64,000 nucleotides of DNA, taken from the NCBI GenBank assembly GCA_044221725.1, contig JBGAON010000001.1, forward strand, positions 64,001 through 128,000, in the 5' to 3' direction. Every line of letters begins with the position of its first letter. Positions within the stretch are counted from its first letter, which is position 1. Shown one piece after another: positions 41,587 to 52,469 of this stretch. This DNA comes from Elusimicrobiota bacterium. Its GTDB lineage: Bacteria; Elusimicrobiota; Elusimicrobia; F11. The notes beneath the pieces were generated by a model, which worked only from the letters and a program-made list of their open reading frames with translations, made no database searches and was not told the DNA's origin. The translations under genes were made by a program, and so were the position numbers.

Positions 41587-44500
41587 TTAAACCTCCGTCA
41601 TCTCCGCCTCGATGGTGTGTCCAGCGGTCTTGAATAAATCAGTGTAGGGAAACGGAATCTCTTCCAATTTCCAAGCGACGTCGAAGATGTCACGCGTTCG
41701 AAACTTTGGCTCCGGCCAGAAAGTGACCAAGGCGTTCGCCTTGAACGTCTCCTCCAAGACATCCTTCAGTTCCTTAGAAACTTGCTCCACGGTCCAGCGA
41801 CTCATGTACTTGTCGCGGCCCCGGAAAGCCACGATTTTTCCGCCCAATGTCCGGAGCGTCCCAGACTCGACCAGCTCGCGCTTCGGCTCGTATCTGGTGA
41901 AGTTGGGCAACGCGACGAGAAGCCGCCCCGCGTAAATCTCGCCCAGCGTTTTCAATTCGTTCGGAGATTGGCTTGTCTCGATGGCGATGATGATTTGCGC
42001 GGTCAATTTCGGCGGGAACGTGATGATGGCGTCGGTCGTCAGCAATTCTCCAGAGAACACCGTTTCAGGATTGTTGGAGTTCAACTCAGTCAGCGTGATC
42101 GTGACCTTTTTGAAATTGGTGTTTCGAAAGATGATGGTATCGATGACTTCCTCAAAGAAAACCGCCCCCTTCTTGAATCCCAAAGTGAGCGACCACGAAA
42201 TTCCAAACCCTTCGAGTCCCGTGGTGGACACCCATTGGGTGCTGGGATCACCGTCTTTTACATTCGGCACGGTGGATTGGTTCTCCGGTTGCGCCGCGCC
42301 AACGGAAGAGGAAACCGCCACCGCGTCGGGCGTTATGGCGTCCAAGGACAGAATAAGCGGAGTGTCATCGATCAGCGGTTCAATTTCCCAAGAGAGCAAC
42401 AGGATCTCCGGCCCGGGCGATTGAGAAAAAAGACTGAGTTCTACTTCAACGAAGGAGCCGGGAGCCACATCCAAATCCAGTTCGTTTCCAAACACACTCG
42501 GAACAAATTGGCCGGAATCTTTGAAGGAAGCGTTGATGAGGTCCGTCACCGAATCAGCGGATCGTGCTTTAATGCTGATGGGCGCGGGATCGGTTTGGAT
42601 AAGGGTAGATGGAATAACCTTGATCGTTCCCAACCGCGCTCGCGCACCAAGAGAGTCTCGAAACCGGATGAACCCGCTGGAGGCCCCGCTTGTTGGTATA
42701 TCCGTCTCAACGGAATCAAAGAGTTGGGTTGTGCCAGACGGCATGTCGGAGAGATCACTGTCTCCCAACACCAGCCACCGCTGATTGTCGTTGATCTTGA
42801 TGTTAAGCGGCTGGGCGCTGGTGTCAAACCGAATGACCGACTGGTCGTCCTCCGCCTTGATGGTCAACACGCTGGCCACAACAGAGACTTCAAATGTCCA
42901 CAACGTGGACTCTTTTCCGGCCGGGATGACTTGATCTCCGGCCCCAGGCACCCATGTTTGCGTCGTCTGGTTCCACCCCACAAACACGCCGTCGGATCGG
43001 CAGGCCACGATCCCAAACCGATGAGATCCGTCACCTCCCTTGGCTCGACGAATGATGATTGTGTGGTGGGTTGTGGATGTTCCCAAGCCGCCGACTCGGA
43101 TATCATTAGGCACTGGAAGCGTCGCGGCATTAAAAACCGAGAAGACGTTGAATGTCGCACCGTTTTGCATGGCGGATATATCTTCCAGCTTCCACCGCAC
43201 AGTGGCGTTGAAGGCGGCGGGAATAGGCGCGGTCTTGACCAGAATCGCGTCAGCGTCGCCGCCCAAGACGTTCATCCGCAGAAACCCCAGTGAGGAGAAC
43301 ACGTTCGCGTTCCGCTGATAGACCGTCCAATCCGAACCGATCACAAACGCGTCGAACAAGTCTTGGAACACGGGGGACAGCGTCGCCATGCCGTTCACAA
43401 TGGCGATGGACGACGATTTCTCAACCGCACGGCCCCAATCACCGTTGGAGTCGATGATGCGCCGGTAGGTGAGAATGGGTTTAGTTTCTTCTGGTTCGGG
43501 AGTGGGCGTGGATTCAGGGGTGAACTCGAGACTGTAAAGTTCAAGGATCGGTGACGGGCTCGCCTTGGTCAGCAAGACTTTCGTCTCGAAATGTTTCGCC
43601 TGGGGAATATTCAGAATCGCCTTCTCATACAGATTCTGCGGATTACCGGGGTCAAACGATCCCGGCTGGGTGGGCACGACGGAACCAAACGCGGCCGCGT
43701 CAAGTTCCGCGATGGTGTTGCCGGACCGGAATTGCAGTTCCACCTTGTCCCCGACCACGGGGATCTGACGCCGAAACTCAAAATTCTCAAGTTTGGTGTT
43801 GACCCCGAAACTATGCCGAAGACGCAAGAAACCCGTCGGAACTTCGACCGGAGGAGAGTTTAAATTCAGAAAGTCGATGTCGAAGGCGACGCCAAACGAT
43901 GAATTAAAAAGGGATGTCGAACCGATCTCGAAAAAAATATCTCCGCCCAAGTTTCGGAGGTTGGGCGAGACGCTGGTTTCCAACAAGATGTTCGCCAAAT
44001 TGTCCGAGTGGTAGAGAAGATATTTGACTCCGTTTCCCACTCGCGTCACTTTTAGGTTGAAGATGTGCGGATCATTGGCGAGAAAACCGTTTTGGACATT
44101 GATGTTCGGCCACGTACCGGAACCGGACGCGTGAATGGTTCCGCTTCCGTCCACCATACGGGCGTCGTAACTGACGTTGAAATTGTTCTGGGTGTTAAAC
44201 CGAAATTCATGAAGAAGTTTAGCGGTCCGCGCGGCGCCGTCATAAGCTCCTCGCGTTCCTTGCAACATCCCAATCACGAATTGACCGGAATTGAATATGG
44301 GCGCCAAACGCCGGAGCCGGAAGCGAAGCTCCATTTCCCAATTGCCTTGGGCCACGTCGCGGTACATGTGAATGTGCTCGCCGGATCCGCTCGTATTCTG
44401 ATACTCAAAACTCAAAAACCCGCCGCCTTCCGTCGGCTTGACGTTTAAGTCGACGGCGCGGTAAACGCGGAACATGAAATCATGCGGGACAAATTGGAAT

Positions 44501-45123
44501 TCCCATTGGCCCGTGCCGGAATTGAGGAACGAGTTTTTTCCGTCGGGATATGGATTATTATTCAGGTCGTAGTACCAGACGATGTGAGTCCCGGATGTCC
44601 CCAGCGGATTCGTGTAGAAAACAATCGCGAGCTTCTGGTTGGCGGGAAGTGTCGGGAGCGACGGAAAATCAAATCCCGTAAATCCGCTTAAGGGAGCCAC
44701 GCTCGAAAAGGGAACCGTGACCGAGGCGAGCACCGTTCCGTTGGGCCGGTCGTCGGCGTTCGCCATTTGAATTTCAACGATTAAATCCGGAGAGAATGAT
44801 CCAATATTGAACTCATCGATTTTCAGTTCGAGCCGGCTAAGCTGAATCGGAATGGGCAAAATGAACGTCTGGGCGAGTTTGATGCGTGGCGGTGCTACCG
44901 CTAGCGGTTCATCAAATGGAGAGATCGGATCGAACTGTGCGATCAGCGAATTGGAAACATGCCCTTTCCATTCCGGAGCGCGCGTACCGTCATTAAAATT
45001 GTCGGCAAGAATAAGCGGCGTTGCGCCAGAAGAAAGGACGCAGCCAGCGTTATCGGTATTGATACCGACATTCTCAACCGCCTGGTCCCATTCCGCTTTC
45101 GTGTCAAAAGTTAGCTTCGGCAT
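41587..45123 (-). CDS. Large tail tip / receptor-binding protein with several beta-sandwich domains
   Basis: Position after the tape measure; repeated 'FxDxFD' lectin-like domain starts; DGDPSTQW discoidin-like motif. Start moved to ATG 45123. Confidence 0.7.
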   Translation of the reverse strand: MPKLTFDTKAEWDQAVENVGINTDNAGCVLSSGATPLILADNFNDGTRAPEWKGHVSNSLIAQFDPISPFDEPLAVAPPRIKLAQTFILPIPIQLSRLELKIDEFNIGSFSPDLIVEIQMANADDRPNGTVLASVTVPFSSVAPLSGFTGFDFPSLPTLPANQKLAIVFYTNPLGTSGTHIVWYYDLNNNPYPDGKNSFLNSGTGQWEFQFVPHDFMFRVYRAVDLNVKPTEGGGFLSFEYQNTSGSGEHIHMYRDVAQGNWEMELRFRLRRLAPIFNSGQFVIGMLQGTRGAYDGAARTAKLLHEFRFNTQNNFNVSYDARMVDGSGTIHASGSGTWPNINVQNGFLANDPHIFNLKVTRVGNGVKYLLYHSDNLANILLETSVSPNLRNLGGDIFFEIGSTSLFNSSFGVAFDIDFLNLNSPPVEVPTGFLRLRHSFGVNTKLENFEFRRQIPVVGDKVELQFRSGNTIAELDAAAFGSVVPTQPGSFDPGNPQNLYEKAILNIPQAKHFETKVLLTKASPSPILELYSLEFTPESTPTPEPEETKPILTYRRIIDSNGDWGRAVEKSSSIAIVNGMATLSPVFQDLFDAFVIGSDWTVYQRNANVFSSLGFLRMNVLGGDADAILVKTAPIPAAFNATVRWKLEDISAMQNGATFNVFSVFNAATLPVPNDIRVGGLGTSTTHHTIIIRRAKGGDGSHRFGIVACRSDGVFVGWNQTTQTWVPGAGDQVIPAGKESTLWTFEVSVVASVLTIKAEDDQSVIRFDTSAQPLNIKINDNQRWLVLGDSDLSDMPSGTTQLFDSVETDIPTSGASSGFIRFRDSLGARARLGTIKVIPSTLIQTDPAPISIKARSADSVTDLINASFKDSGQFVPSVFGNELDLDVAPGSFVEVELSLFSQSPGPEILLLSWEIEPLIDDTPLILSLDAITPDAVAVSSSVGAAQPENQSTVPNVKDGDPSTQWVSTTGLEGFGISWSLTLGFKKGAVFFEEVIDTIIFRNTNFKKVTITLTELNSNNPETVFSGELLTTDAIITFPPKLTAQIIIAIETSQSPNELKTLGEIYAGRLLVALPNFTRYEPKRELVESGTLRTLGGKIVAFRGRDKYMSRWTVEQVSKELKDVLEETFKANALVTFWPEPKFRTRDIFDVAWKLEEIPFPYTDLFKTAGHTIEAEMTEV

Positions 45124-45124
45124 G

Positions 45125-47869
45125 TCAGGCAACACCAACCAGATCAAGTTCAGTCCGCATGTCCATGAGCGAATGGGCGATACCGATAATTCGAGCATCG
45201 AACGGCTGAATGATGAGCCGAGGCGATGTGATGTTGAGGGTCACACGATCACCCAATTCAAGTTCTGGCAGAAATCTGGCGACGACCGTCGCCCGACGAT
45301 TGGGAAGATGGTATCGGGTGAAGTACCGTTTCGCCATGACCGTGGCAAGATCCACGTCAGTTTGAAAAACAAGGTTTCCTCCACCGACAGGAAGCGCCCT
45401 TACTCCAAACCGGTCCATGCTTGTCGGCGAGGCTTCGCCTTCTGTCTCCGAATCAATCTCTTTGGTGAAACTCCCAAAGGACGCGCGGATTTTGTTGTAG
45501 ACGCGATCCCAGCCTGGGGTGGCATTCGCCACCTTTTCAACGTTGGTGTCATCGAGGACAAGGACAGAAGTCGCGGTAATGGTCTTGTTTCGAAAAAAGA
45601 AAGCCCCATCGCCGTCCAAGCCGATTTCATAGTCGGCGATCTTGGCGAGTTCCTTGATCACGTCCAGGATCGATTGCGTTCCGAAGTTCGCCATCGAAAC
45701 TAGGACGCTTCGCGTCTTGAAGTTGATGAGACTTTCCCGTTGGATGGGGGCATTCGCACCGGCGGTGGAGAAAAGGCTTATGAAGATCAGCTTTTCTGTG
45801 CGAACAGCAAAATTATTGAAGGCGTATTCATCGGTCTGGATGGAGTTGCTGGGACCGAGCGCTTGGTAATAACTGAACCCCGATGGTGAGCTCGCCACCG
45901 CCGCCGTGAATCTTTGAATCTGCCCATCATTGGGGACGAATGACCCCTTCCAAGTGTCCCATGAGACCATGCCCGATCCAGCATCGATCACGTTTGATGC
46001 GGCGAGCGCCGGTAGGAACAACCTCTTCACCGCGACCAAATCCGGATCTTCGGTGGCGGTGATTTGAATTTTGAATTTGACGTAACGAGGGAATGTCACA
46101 TTCGTAAAGGCACCCAAATTGGAGCCGTTGGCGACGGATTGCTCAGGCGTGTAACTGCTCCCGTTGGCGCTCCATGAAAAGAAATATTGGAACGTGGACA
46201 CTACGCCTTGGATCTCAGAGAAGAACGCGCCCAACGTTGTTATCAGGGAGAAACTCGTGAGTCCGGCGAGATGAACACCGTAATCGATCACCTTTTCCCA
46301 AGTGCCGATGGGCAACGCCGCTGTCGAGCCGTTGTATCGGAGGTAATCCAATTGAAAATTGGTTTGGGTGAAGGCGAGAGCGTGAAGATAGACGCCCACC
46401 GAGGCTCCCGCTGGCGCAGTCCCTAGAGCGCCTGAGGCAGTCGAAACTCCATCAACGAACAATTGCCACGTGCTCGTCGACATATTCATTTGTAGTCGGA
46501 GGTTTCGGAAGTTCGTGAGGTCAGCGGCGTACGGCCCGAAAGTGGTTCCGCCGGATTGAACCCGGACTTGGTTTGTGCTTTGGATGAGGATCTGCGCCCC
46601 TTTGGAGTTTGAAAGCGCGAACGATCCAATTTCGATCTGCCCGTTAATCTGCGTGACCTTGATCCGAACCGCCACGCAGCGTGAAAGACCGCTTCCATCC
46701 TCTTTGAGATTTTCAATGCGATAAAAACTTGTCGGGGCGCTCACCGATAAAATCCCATTGGCAACTGACCGCGTGACGCCCGCGCCGTCGTTCAAATCCT
46801 CAATCCAGGGATCATTCGACCCCTCTCCAACTTTTTCTTTCTCTTCTTCGGGAAGGAATAGTCCCTCGTACTGGGAAGTCCACTTGGGAGTAATAGAATT
46901 GGAAATGCGATCAAAATTAAGACCCGAATGGGTCGCCGCCTGCCATTTTGATTTGGTGTCGAAGGCATCGATGGTGAGGAGGCCATCGTTCTGCGGCGGA
47001 GATTCTTCCGTTGTCACTTTTGACTGTCGCAACTCGTACAAATTGAAATCGCCTTGAAGCGTGTGGAGAATTTCCCGTTCCACCGGTGGATCGAAAACCA
47101 CCGGTTCCACAACGCCAACTGGCACCTGCGGCACGGTCGCTAGAAGTTGGTTCACCACTTGATGAATTTCTTGATCCCGCTTCCAGACAATGTAGTCGGC
47201 CCGCACATCCTGTCCGGGTCCCGGTTGGGCGGAGATGAAGGTAACCTTGCCGGGCTGGAGCGGATCGTTGAGGTTGGACAAGGAATATCGAAGGCCGGGC
47301 CGGAGCGTCTCGCCGCCCACTCGAATCTCTTTGATTGCCCCAACGGGATACTGCGAGGTCAAAAACTCCGAGGTGACTCCGTCACCGACGCCCAATAATT
47401 CGTTCGTGACCAGAATGCCCGCCGCCTCTCCTGATTGTGTGCGAAGCAAAGCATCGATGCTCTCGACATCAAGCTGAATTGTCGGCGTTGATGAATCTTC
47501 ATTCACATCCTCAATCACACCTGTGAAAGCTGGAAAAGATTCTTCGAGTCCGTTCACCTTCAAGCCGAGCGTGATGCGAATACGAGAGCGGTAAACTAGA
47601 AATCCAGAAAAACGGGACGAAGTCCCATCCCAAAGTCTTTCAGAATTATCGACCTCGATACGGATATTCGAAGCCTTAAATTCATTGAGCGCGTCGGTAT
47701 CCAATTTCCAGGAAAGCCGGTCGAGCCGAACCACTTCCGTCGTAATGTCGATGGGCGTAACTTCCCATCCATTTCCAGAGGCCAATCGACGGAACAATTC
47801 AATTTTTCTCACTGGATAAATGAGGTTTGATTTCTGGATCGCTCTGTAGTCGGCAGAAACGATCTTCAC
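45125..47869 (-). CDS. Tail hub/Tal-like protein with inserted lectin-like domain
   Basis: Follows the tape measure; FTGVIEDV, SMDRFG and LELGDRV hub-type motifs. Confidence 0.7.
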   Translation of the reverse strand: MKIVSADYRAIQKSNLIYPVRKIELFRRLASGNGWEVTPIDITTEVVRLDRLSWKLDTDALNEFKASNIRIEVDNSERLWDGTSSRFSGFLVYRSRIRITLGLKVNGLEESFPAFTGVIEDVNEDSSTPTIQLDVESIDALLRTQSGEAAGILVTNELLGVGDGVTSEFLTSQYPVGAIKEIRVGGETLRPGLRYSLSNLNDPLQPGKVTFISAQPGPGQDVRADYIVWKRDQEIHQVVNQLLATVPQVPVGVVEPVVFDPPVEREILHTLQGDFNLYELRQSKVTTEESPPQNDGLLTIDAFDTKSKWQAATHSGLNFDRISNSITPKWTSQYEGLFLPEEEKEKVGEGSNDPWIEDLNDGAGVTRSVANGILSVSAPTSFYRIENLKEDGSGLSRCVAVRIKVTQINGQIEIGSFALSNSKGAQILIQSTNQVRVQSGGTTFGPYAADLTNFRNLRLQMNMSTSTWQLFVDGVSTASGALGTAPAGASVGVYLHALAFTQTNFQLDYLRYNGSTAALPIGTWEKVIDYGVHLAGLTSFSLITTLGAFFSEIQGVVSTFQYFFSWSANGSSYTPEQSVANGSNLGAFTNVTFPRYVKFKIQITATEDPDLVAVKRLFLPALAASNVIDAGSGMVSWDTWKGSFVPNDGQIQRFTAAVASSPSGFSYYQALGPSNSIQTDEYAFNNFAVRTEKLIFISLFSTAGANAPIQRESLINFKTRSVLVSMANFGTQSILDVIKELAKIADYEIGLDGDGAFFFRNKTITATSVLVLDDTNVEKVANATPGWDRVYNKIRASFGSFTKEIDSETEGEASPTSMDRFGVRALPVGGGNLVFQTDVDLATVMAKRYFTRYHLPNRRATVVARFLPELELGDRVTLNITSPRLIIQPFDARIIGIAHSLMDMRTELDLVGVA

Positions 47870-49785
47870 ACCGCCTCCCGCGCGAATCGATCTTGTTTGG
47901 AGAGAATCGATTTGACCAGCTCTGCGCCCTCAGCTGCTCCTGACCGCGTGGCCTCGGAGATTCTCCGCATGAGCGTTCGCACCTGCTCATCGCTCGATCC
48001 TTGAACCGTGATGGTGTTGTTCTGCGTGACGGTGACATTCACATTGCCACCGAAATTGCCGAGCCGCTCCAACGGGATCACCGCCTCCGGTCCAGCCTCG
48101 CCTACTTGAGCGAATGTCGGACGACGGACAACGCCGCCTTCCGCCAGTTTGATTCCCTTGAAAGCGCCTCCACCAATCGCGCCCACCGCGAATATTCCAC
48201 CAAGCACTCCAAGTCCACCGGTGGATCCGCGTAAGATGGCGGCCTCGATGGCGATGCGCGTAAATGTTTCGATGGCTGTCCGAAGTACGGATTTGAAAAC
48301 AGAATCAAACACCGCCTGCATGTTCTTTCCTTCAAGAATCACATCCGCCATCGCATCACCCACGGAATTGGCGAAGGTGCTGGCGACAGACTTTGCACCT
48401 TCCTCCAGCGCCTTCATGTCCTCATCCAATGATTCGCGGGCTTCTTTGGATTTGAGTTTGGCGATCTCGACCGCGTTGATCCGCGCTTGCGTCAGCGCTT
48501 CCTCCGTCAAAATTCCTTTGGCGGCGATTTCATCCAACTGGCGAAGCCTCTGTTCTTTTTCCAACTCAATCATTTCGAGTTTGGACTCCAGCTTTTCGCC
48601 TTCGAGTTCAAGACGCTCGGAATCCAAACGGGTGAGCGTATCGTGGGCATCTTGCGCGGCTTTCTTTTTTTCCTCGGCTTCCTTGCGCGACTCCTCAACG
48701 GATTTCTGTGTGATGCCGGTTTTGATCCGTTGCTCGTCTTGAGCGATTAACTGACGTTCTTTGGAATATCGCTTGTCGATCTCAGCGGCTTGCTCGGCGG
48801 AGGTTTCTTCAATGGCGGCGAACTCGGCCGCAAACCGCTTATGCCGTTCCTGCGCTCCATCAAAATTGAGCGTGAACACTTCTTTGATGAACTCGGCGAA
48901 ATCTTTGACGTTGAGCCTCGCATGAGCCGCCCAATTGGCGATCACAACGCCCAGGATTTCAAAGAACTGCGTAACCTTGGTTAACGCGCCGAGCAGAAAA
49001 TTAAACGCGGGCAGAACGCCCGCTCCAACCGTCTCTTTGAAGTTACCCAGTTCATTCCGAGAGATAGCCAGTTGCTTGGCGTAGCCTTCCTGGGTTTCCG
49101 CCGCCCCCAAAAATCTCCGGGACAAAACATCCACCACTTCCTGCGCGGTGTTGGCGTTTCCGATGAAAGCGCCGAATTCATTTTTCAATGCGCGGAGGCG
49201 GGTCGCGTCTCCCTGTAGAATGGGACTCAATAAATCGAGGATGCCGCCCAGATCACGGCCGGAAGCGGAGGCGAGTCCAAACGCGAGGCGCGTCGCTTGC
49301 ATCGCCTGTCCCACATCGCCGGTGATCCGTACAAGCCGGCCCATCGCCTCGAAGGTTTGGGTATCGGAGAATTGAGTGAACGCCTGTTGCTGATTGGCGA
49401 AAGCAAGAATGGCCTCTTTGGATTGTTTGAAGGAACCGCCGGTGGCATCGACAGCAAACGCTAGCCTTCGGAGAGCCTCCTCTTCTTCAAGAGCCGCCTC
49501 GGCGGAAGATTTGAAGAAAGTGGTAAGTCCCGCCACCGACGCGATGCCGAGGAGACTGGTCGCCAACTGACTCGTCGCGTCTTTCACCGATTCGATGGAC
49601 TGCTTTGTCTCTTTTCCGCCGCTGGATATTTTCTTGAGGCCGGTATCGATCCGGTTGGAGGAGTCGAAGATTTCTTTGGCGAAGCGGTCGGAATTTTTCG
49701 CCGCCTCCACCATCATCTGGGATAGTTTCTGGATCGTTGGCGAGGCTTGATCAATGGCCTCGAATTGGATTTGAAGGCCGGGCAT
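47866..49785 (-). CDS. Tail tape measure protein
   Basis: EAIDQASPTI N-terminus, Ala-rich helical body, LAEGGVV...VGEAGPEAVIPL. Confidence 0.92.
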   Translation of the reverse strand: MPGLQIQFEAIDQASPTIQKLSQMMVEAAKNSDRFAKEIFDSSNRIDTGLKKISSGGKETKQSIESVKDATSQLATSLLGIASVAGLTTFFKSSAEAALEEEEALRRLAFAVDATGGSFKQSKEAILAFANQQQAFTQFSDTQTFEAMGRLVRITGDVGQAMQATRLAFGLASASGRDLGGILDLLSPILQGDATRLRALKNEFGAFIGNANTAQEVVDVLSRRFLGAAETQEGYAKQLAISRNELGNFKETVGAGVLPAFNFLLGALTKVTQFFEILGVVIANWAAHARLNVKDFAEFIKEVFTLNFDGAQERHKRFAAEFAAIEETSAEQAAEIDKRYSKERQLIAQDEQRIKTGITQKSVEESRKEAEEKKKAAQDAHDTLTRLDSERLELEGEKLESKLEMIELEKEQRLRQLDEIAAKGILTEEALTQARINAVEIAKLKSKEARESLDEDMKALEEGAKSVASTFANSVGDAMADVILEGKNMQAVFDSVFKSVLRTAIETFTRIAIEAAILRGSTGGLGVLGGIFAVGAIGGGAFKGIKLAEGGVVRRPTFAQVGEAGPEAVIPLERLGNFGGNVNVTVTQNNTITVQGSSDEQVRTLMRRISEATRSGAAEGAELVKSILSKQDRFAREAV

Positions 49786-49789
49786 GAGG

Positions 49790-50167
49790 TTAGCCCTCCT
49801 TCGTTATTTCCGGCGGTTCGAGGGAGAAATTAACGATTTCGATGAAGAGTCCGGCGGCAAGTTCATGATGCGCGAGAATATGATCAACGCACACCGCGTT
49901 CTCATCGTCTTGAAAGGCCAATTTCGGCGAGGCCACGCCGGACAAGAGAACCCTTTTCATACGCGGCAAAGTGGGGTTCGCGATCAAGTCTTTGATCCGG
50001 CCCGACAGGGCTTCCTTGTCTCGCCGAGCCAAAGCCCACAAATCCTCGTTCTCATCAGCCAAAAGAAGGAGCGGAGCCCTGCGGATTCGAAAATTCGCTT
50101 CGCAAACGCGAACCGTTTTCTCTTTTTTCAGCCTGTTTTTCAGTTCCTCGACGGTAATCGGTTCCAT
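49790..50167 (-). CDS. Putative tail assembly chaperone
   Basis: Position between tail tube and tape measure. Confidence 0.6.
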   Translation of the reverse strand: MEPITVEELKNRLKKEKTVRVCEANFRIRRAPLLLLADENEDLWALARRDKEALSGRIKDLIANPTLPRMKRVLLSGVASPKLAFQDDENAVCVDHILAHHELAAGLFIEIVNFSLEPPEITKEG

Positions 50168-50177
50168 GTTTCTCCTA

Positions 50178-51140
50178 TTAATAGGAAGGGACCGCGTTGG
50201 TCAGGATGGCCTGAAGGCTGTATCCAGCCGTAATATTGTAGTGGGCTTCGAAAGTCACCGCCGCACCCAACAGGTCGTCGAGATTCCCAAACGGAAATGC
50301 TGTGTATCGGGCTTCGGGAATCACAAATTCGAGCTGGTTTTTGAAGGCGTCTTCAATGATGTCGCCGGTCAGAATAATGTTAAGCGCGGCCAAACTTGCG
50401 TCCAAAAACTTCTGCCTCTGCGTCTCGGACTCAAAATAAATCTCGAACCCGCCATCGATCACAAACCGCCCTGGGGAGACGATATCTTTGACATCTCGCG
50501 ATTGATTGAGCGTTCTGAGCGCCGCCGATGCGTTGTCGATATTGAGCGTCCAGCTCTTTACGTTCACATCTGATACGCCATCGATCTTGAATTCAGTTTG
50601 AAAAAACATGAGAGGCTTCGGCGAACCATAACTTGGAGTAAAAGCCGAAGCCGCTTCCTCGGTTTTGAAAAGAAGATCGGCATTGACCAATCCTTTTCCA
50701 TCAACCGCGCCGGACAAGGCCAGCTTCTTTATGACCGTGAGCGGATAGCGTTTTTTCGATAGACCTCGATCAACAAAGAATGTGAACGAAGGCATGGCGA
50801 TACCGTTTAATCGGGAAAACGTGTGGCGATACACCGTTGGCGAGTTGGGCGCGTCCGGCTGAACCGTGGCGACTGATCCCAAACATCCAAAGAGAAGATC
50901 TCCCATCGTGGAGGCTTCCGCGTCAATCGTGGCGAGGGTTCCCGTTCCTTCTTTGATTCCTGGAGCGGATGGAAACCGGTCTTTGAATCCCCGGATCCGG
51001 TCGTCGGGAATGAGAACGGAGGAATAATTCAGCTCGCTATCCGATCCAACAGCAAGATATTTCGCGGGGGCCGTTTCCGCGACTCCTCTGCTGGCTTCCT
51101 TTTTAAATCCAAAGCTTTTCCTTTCTGTTGCGAATGGCAT
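50178..51140 (-). CDS. Major tail tube protein
   Basis: KEASRG, YRHTF and PSFTFFVDRG motifs; strong GAGGAGG SD; position. Confidence 0.82.
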   Translation of the reverse strand: MPFATERKSFGFKKEASRGVAETAPAKYLAVGSDSELNYSSVLIPDDRIRGFKDRFPSAPGIKEGTGTLATIDAEASTMGDLLFGCLGSVATVQPDAPNSPTVYRHTFSRLNGIAMPSFTFFVDRGLSKKRYPLTVIKKLALSGAVDGKGLVNADLLFKTEEAASAFTPSYGSPKPLMFFQTEFKIDGVSDVNVKSWTLNIDNASAALRTLNQSRDVKDIVSPGRFVIDGGFEIYFESETQRQKFLDASLAALNIILTGDIIEDAFKNQLEFVIPEARYTAFPFGNLDDLLGAAVTFEAHYNITAGYSLQAILTNAVPSY

Positions 51141-51160
51141 AATTCAATTCCTCCTCAAAA

Positions 51161-51649
51161 TTATTTGCGGCTACTTGTCTCGACGGTAAACACCAAAGCC
51201 GCCGCCGTCATATCGGCATTCACCGATGCCACCAAGTTATCCTCCGTCGGCTCCCACTCAATGGACTTGAGTGTGCTGAAAAGAATCTGGCCGTTTGATA
51301 ACGAGATCCCGCCCAAGTCCACGTTGTCGATCAACAACTCCGCGATCTTTTGAGTCCGGACCGTCTTCTCACGAATGATCTCTTCGTTCGGGGTAAACGC
51401 GCTCACAAACACGATCCGGAAGTTGTAGACGATCCGGTAGGTCTGTCCCGTCGTGATCCGCTCCAAATTCGTGGACGGCGACGGTTTCACGAACACAGCG
51501 GGCACGTTGTCCGCCAATTGTTCCAGAGCCGGAAAAAACTCTAATGCGCCAACCGTGATGATTTTCAAATTCAAATCGGCCGACAGGCCGTTGATCAGTT
51601 CGACAATTCGGTCGGCGATGACCGTTTCATGAAGTCGGGGTGAAGGCAT
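51161..51649 (-). CDS. Putative tail terminator
   Basis: Size and position; PAVFV motif. Confidence 0.6.
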   Translation of the reverse strand: MPSPRLHETVIADRIVELINGLSADLNLKIITVGALEFFPALEQLADNVPAVFVKPSPSTNLERITTGQTYRIVYNFRIVFVSAFTPNEEIIREKTVRTQKIAELLIDNVDLGGISLSNGQILFSTLKSIEWEPTEDNLVASVNADMTAAALVFTVETSSRK

Positions 51650-52122
51650 TAGCCGCCCGCCTCCGCAATCGCCTCAAGAATCCGTCCCGTAAAAATCAGT
51701 TGAACTCTTGGTCCCGCTTCTTCGAGCGCGGGGGTGAGATACGGTTGCGCTCTGAATCCACGCTTACGAATGGATTCCGCCACGCCATATCCCGCGTGTT
51801 CATCGCCCAACCGCCTGCGCGCCCACACTTTGAGCGCGTCAATGTTGGGACGCCACCCTTGCTCGCGCCCAAACTCCATCACCTTGGCGTAGGGTAAAGC
51901 CGAACCCACGGTTCCGATGATCCGGTCGCCTTCAACCGCCACCGATTGCACGATGGAGGCTCGAAGCAGTCCTCGCCACACCGGCGCGTTTCGTTTCGCC
52001 AAACTCTGAATGATGATGGCTGTGTCCCGCATCCCTTTCAGAAACGCCAGTTTCATTCGGTTCGGAATGAGTTCCATGATCTTCAAAACTTCCTCGCTCC
52101 CTTTAACCGTCACCCGGATCAT
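51649..52122 (-). CDS. HK97 gp10-like tail completion protein
   Basis: APVWRGLLRASI, YAKVMEFG, AQPYLTPA. Confidence 0.85.
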   Translation of the reverse strand: MIRVTVKGSEEVLKIMELIPNRMKLAFLKGMRDTAIIIQSLAKRNAPVWRGLLRASIVQSVAVEGDRIIGTVGSALPYAKVMEFGREQGWRPNIDALKVWARRRLGDEHAGYGVAESIRKRGFRAQPYLTPALEEAGPRVQLIFTGRILEAIAEAGG

Positions 52123-52469
52123 GATTTCGTCTCCGACAAGGCGACTTCCAAATGGTGCTCAAAAAAGTTCTTTGATTCCGTCACGACAAAACTCTCACCC
52201 GTCGTTTCGTTCACCACCTCGAAATTTTCCTTAATGCCCTCAATCGGCAAATCCGTCTTATTCACAAAGAGCCTCGCTCCGTGCTTGGGGGTCTGACCCA
52301 ACACATTCCGGTCCAGCGCCGTGCCAGCCGGATTGAACCGCGCCTTCACGTTTGTCGCGATCACCTGATGACTGAACACAGGCTTTTTCGTTCCAGCAAC
52401 AAAGGACTGAATAGGCCTTCTGATGGTGATTCGGTCTTTGAGCAACCGATCCGGTATTTTTCGGCTCAC
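52119..52469 (-). CDS. Putative head closure protein
   Basis: Size and position; ITIRR start and HHLEV end. Confidence 0.65.
   Translation of the reverse strand: MSRKIPDRLLKDRITIRRPIQSFVAGTKKPVFSHQVIATNVKARFNPAGTALDRNVLGQTPKHGARLFVNKTDLPIEGIKENFEVVNETTGESFVVTESKNFFEHHLEVALSETKS

Noticed and set aside
41782..43293. 503-aa plus-strand ORF, and similar long antisense ORFs such as 62153-63301, 22922-23821 and 809-1672
   Set aside because: They lie wholly opposite well-supported genes and have no recognisable motifs; shadow ORFs.
49786..50167. Programmed frameshift (G/GT type) in the tail chaperone
   Set aside because: Only 4 nt separate this gene from the tape measure start, leaving no room for a second-frame extension.
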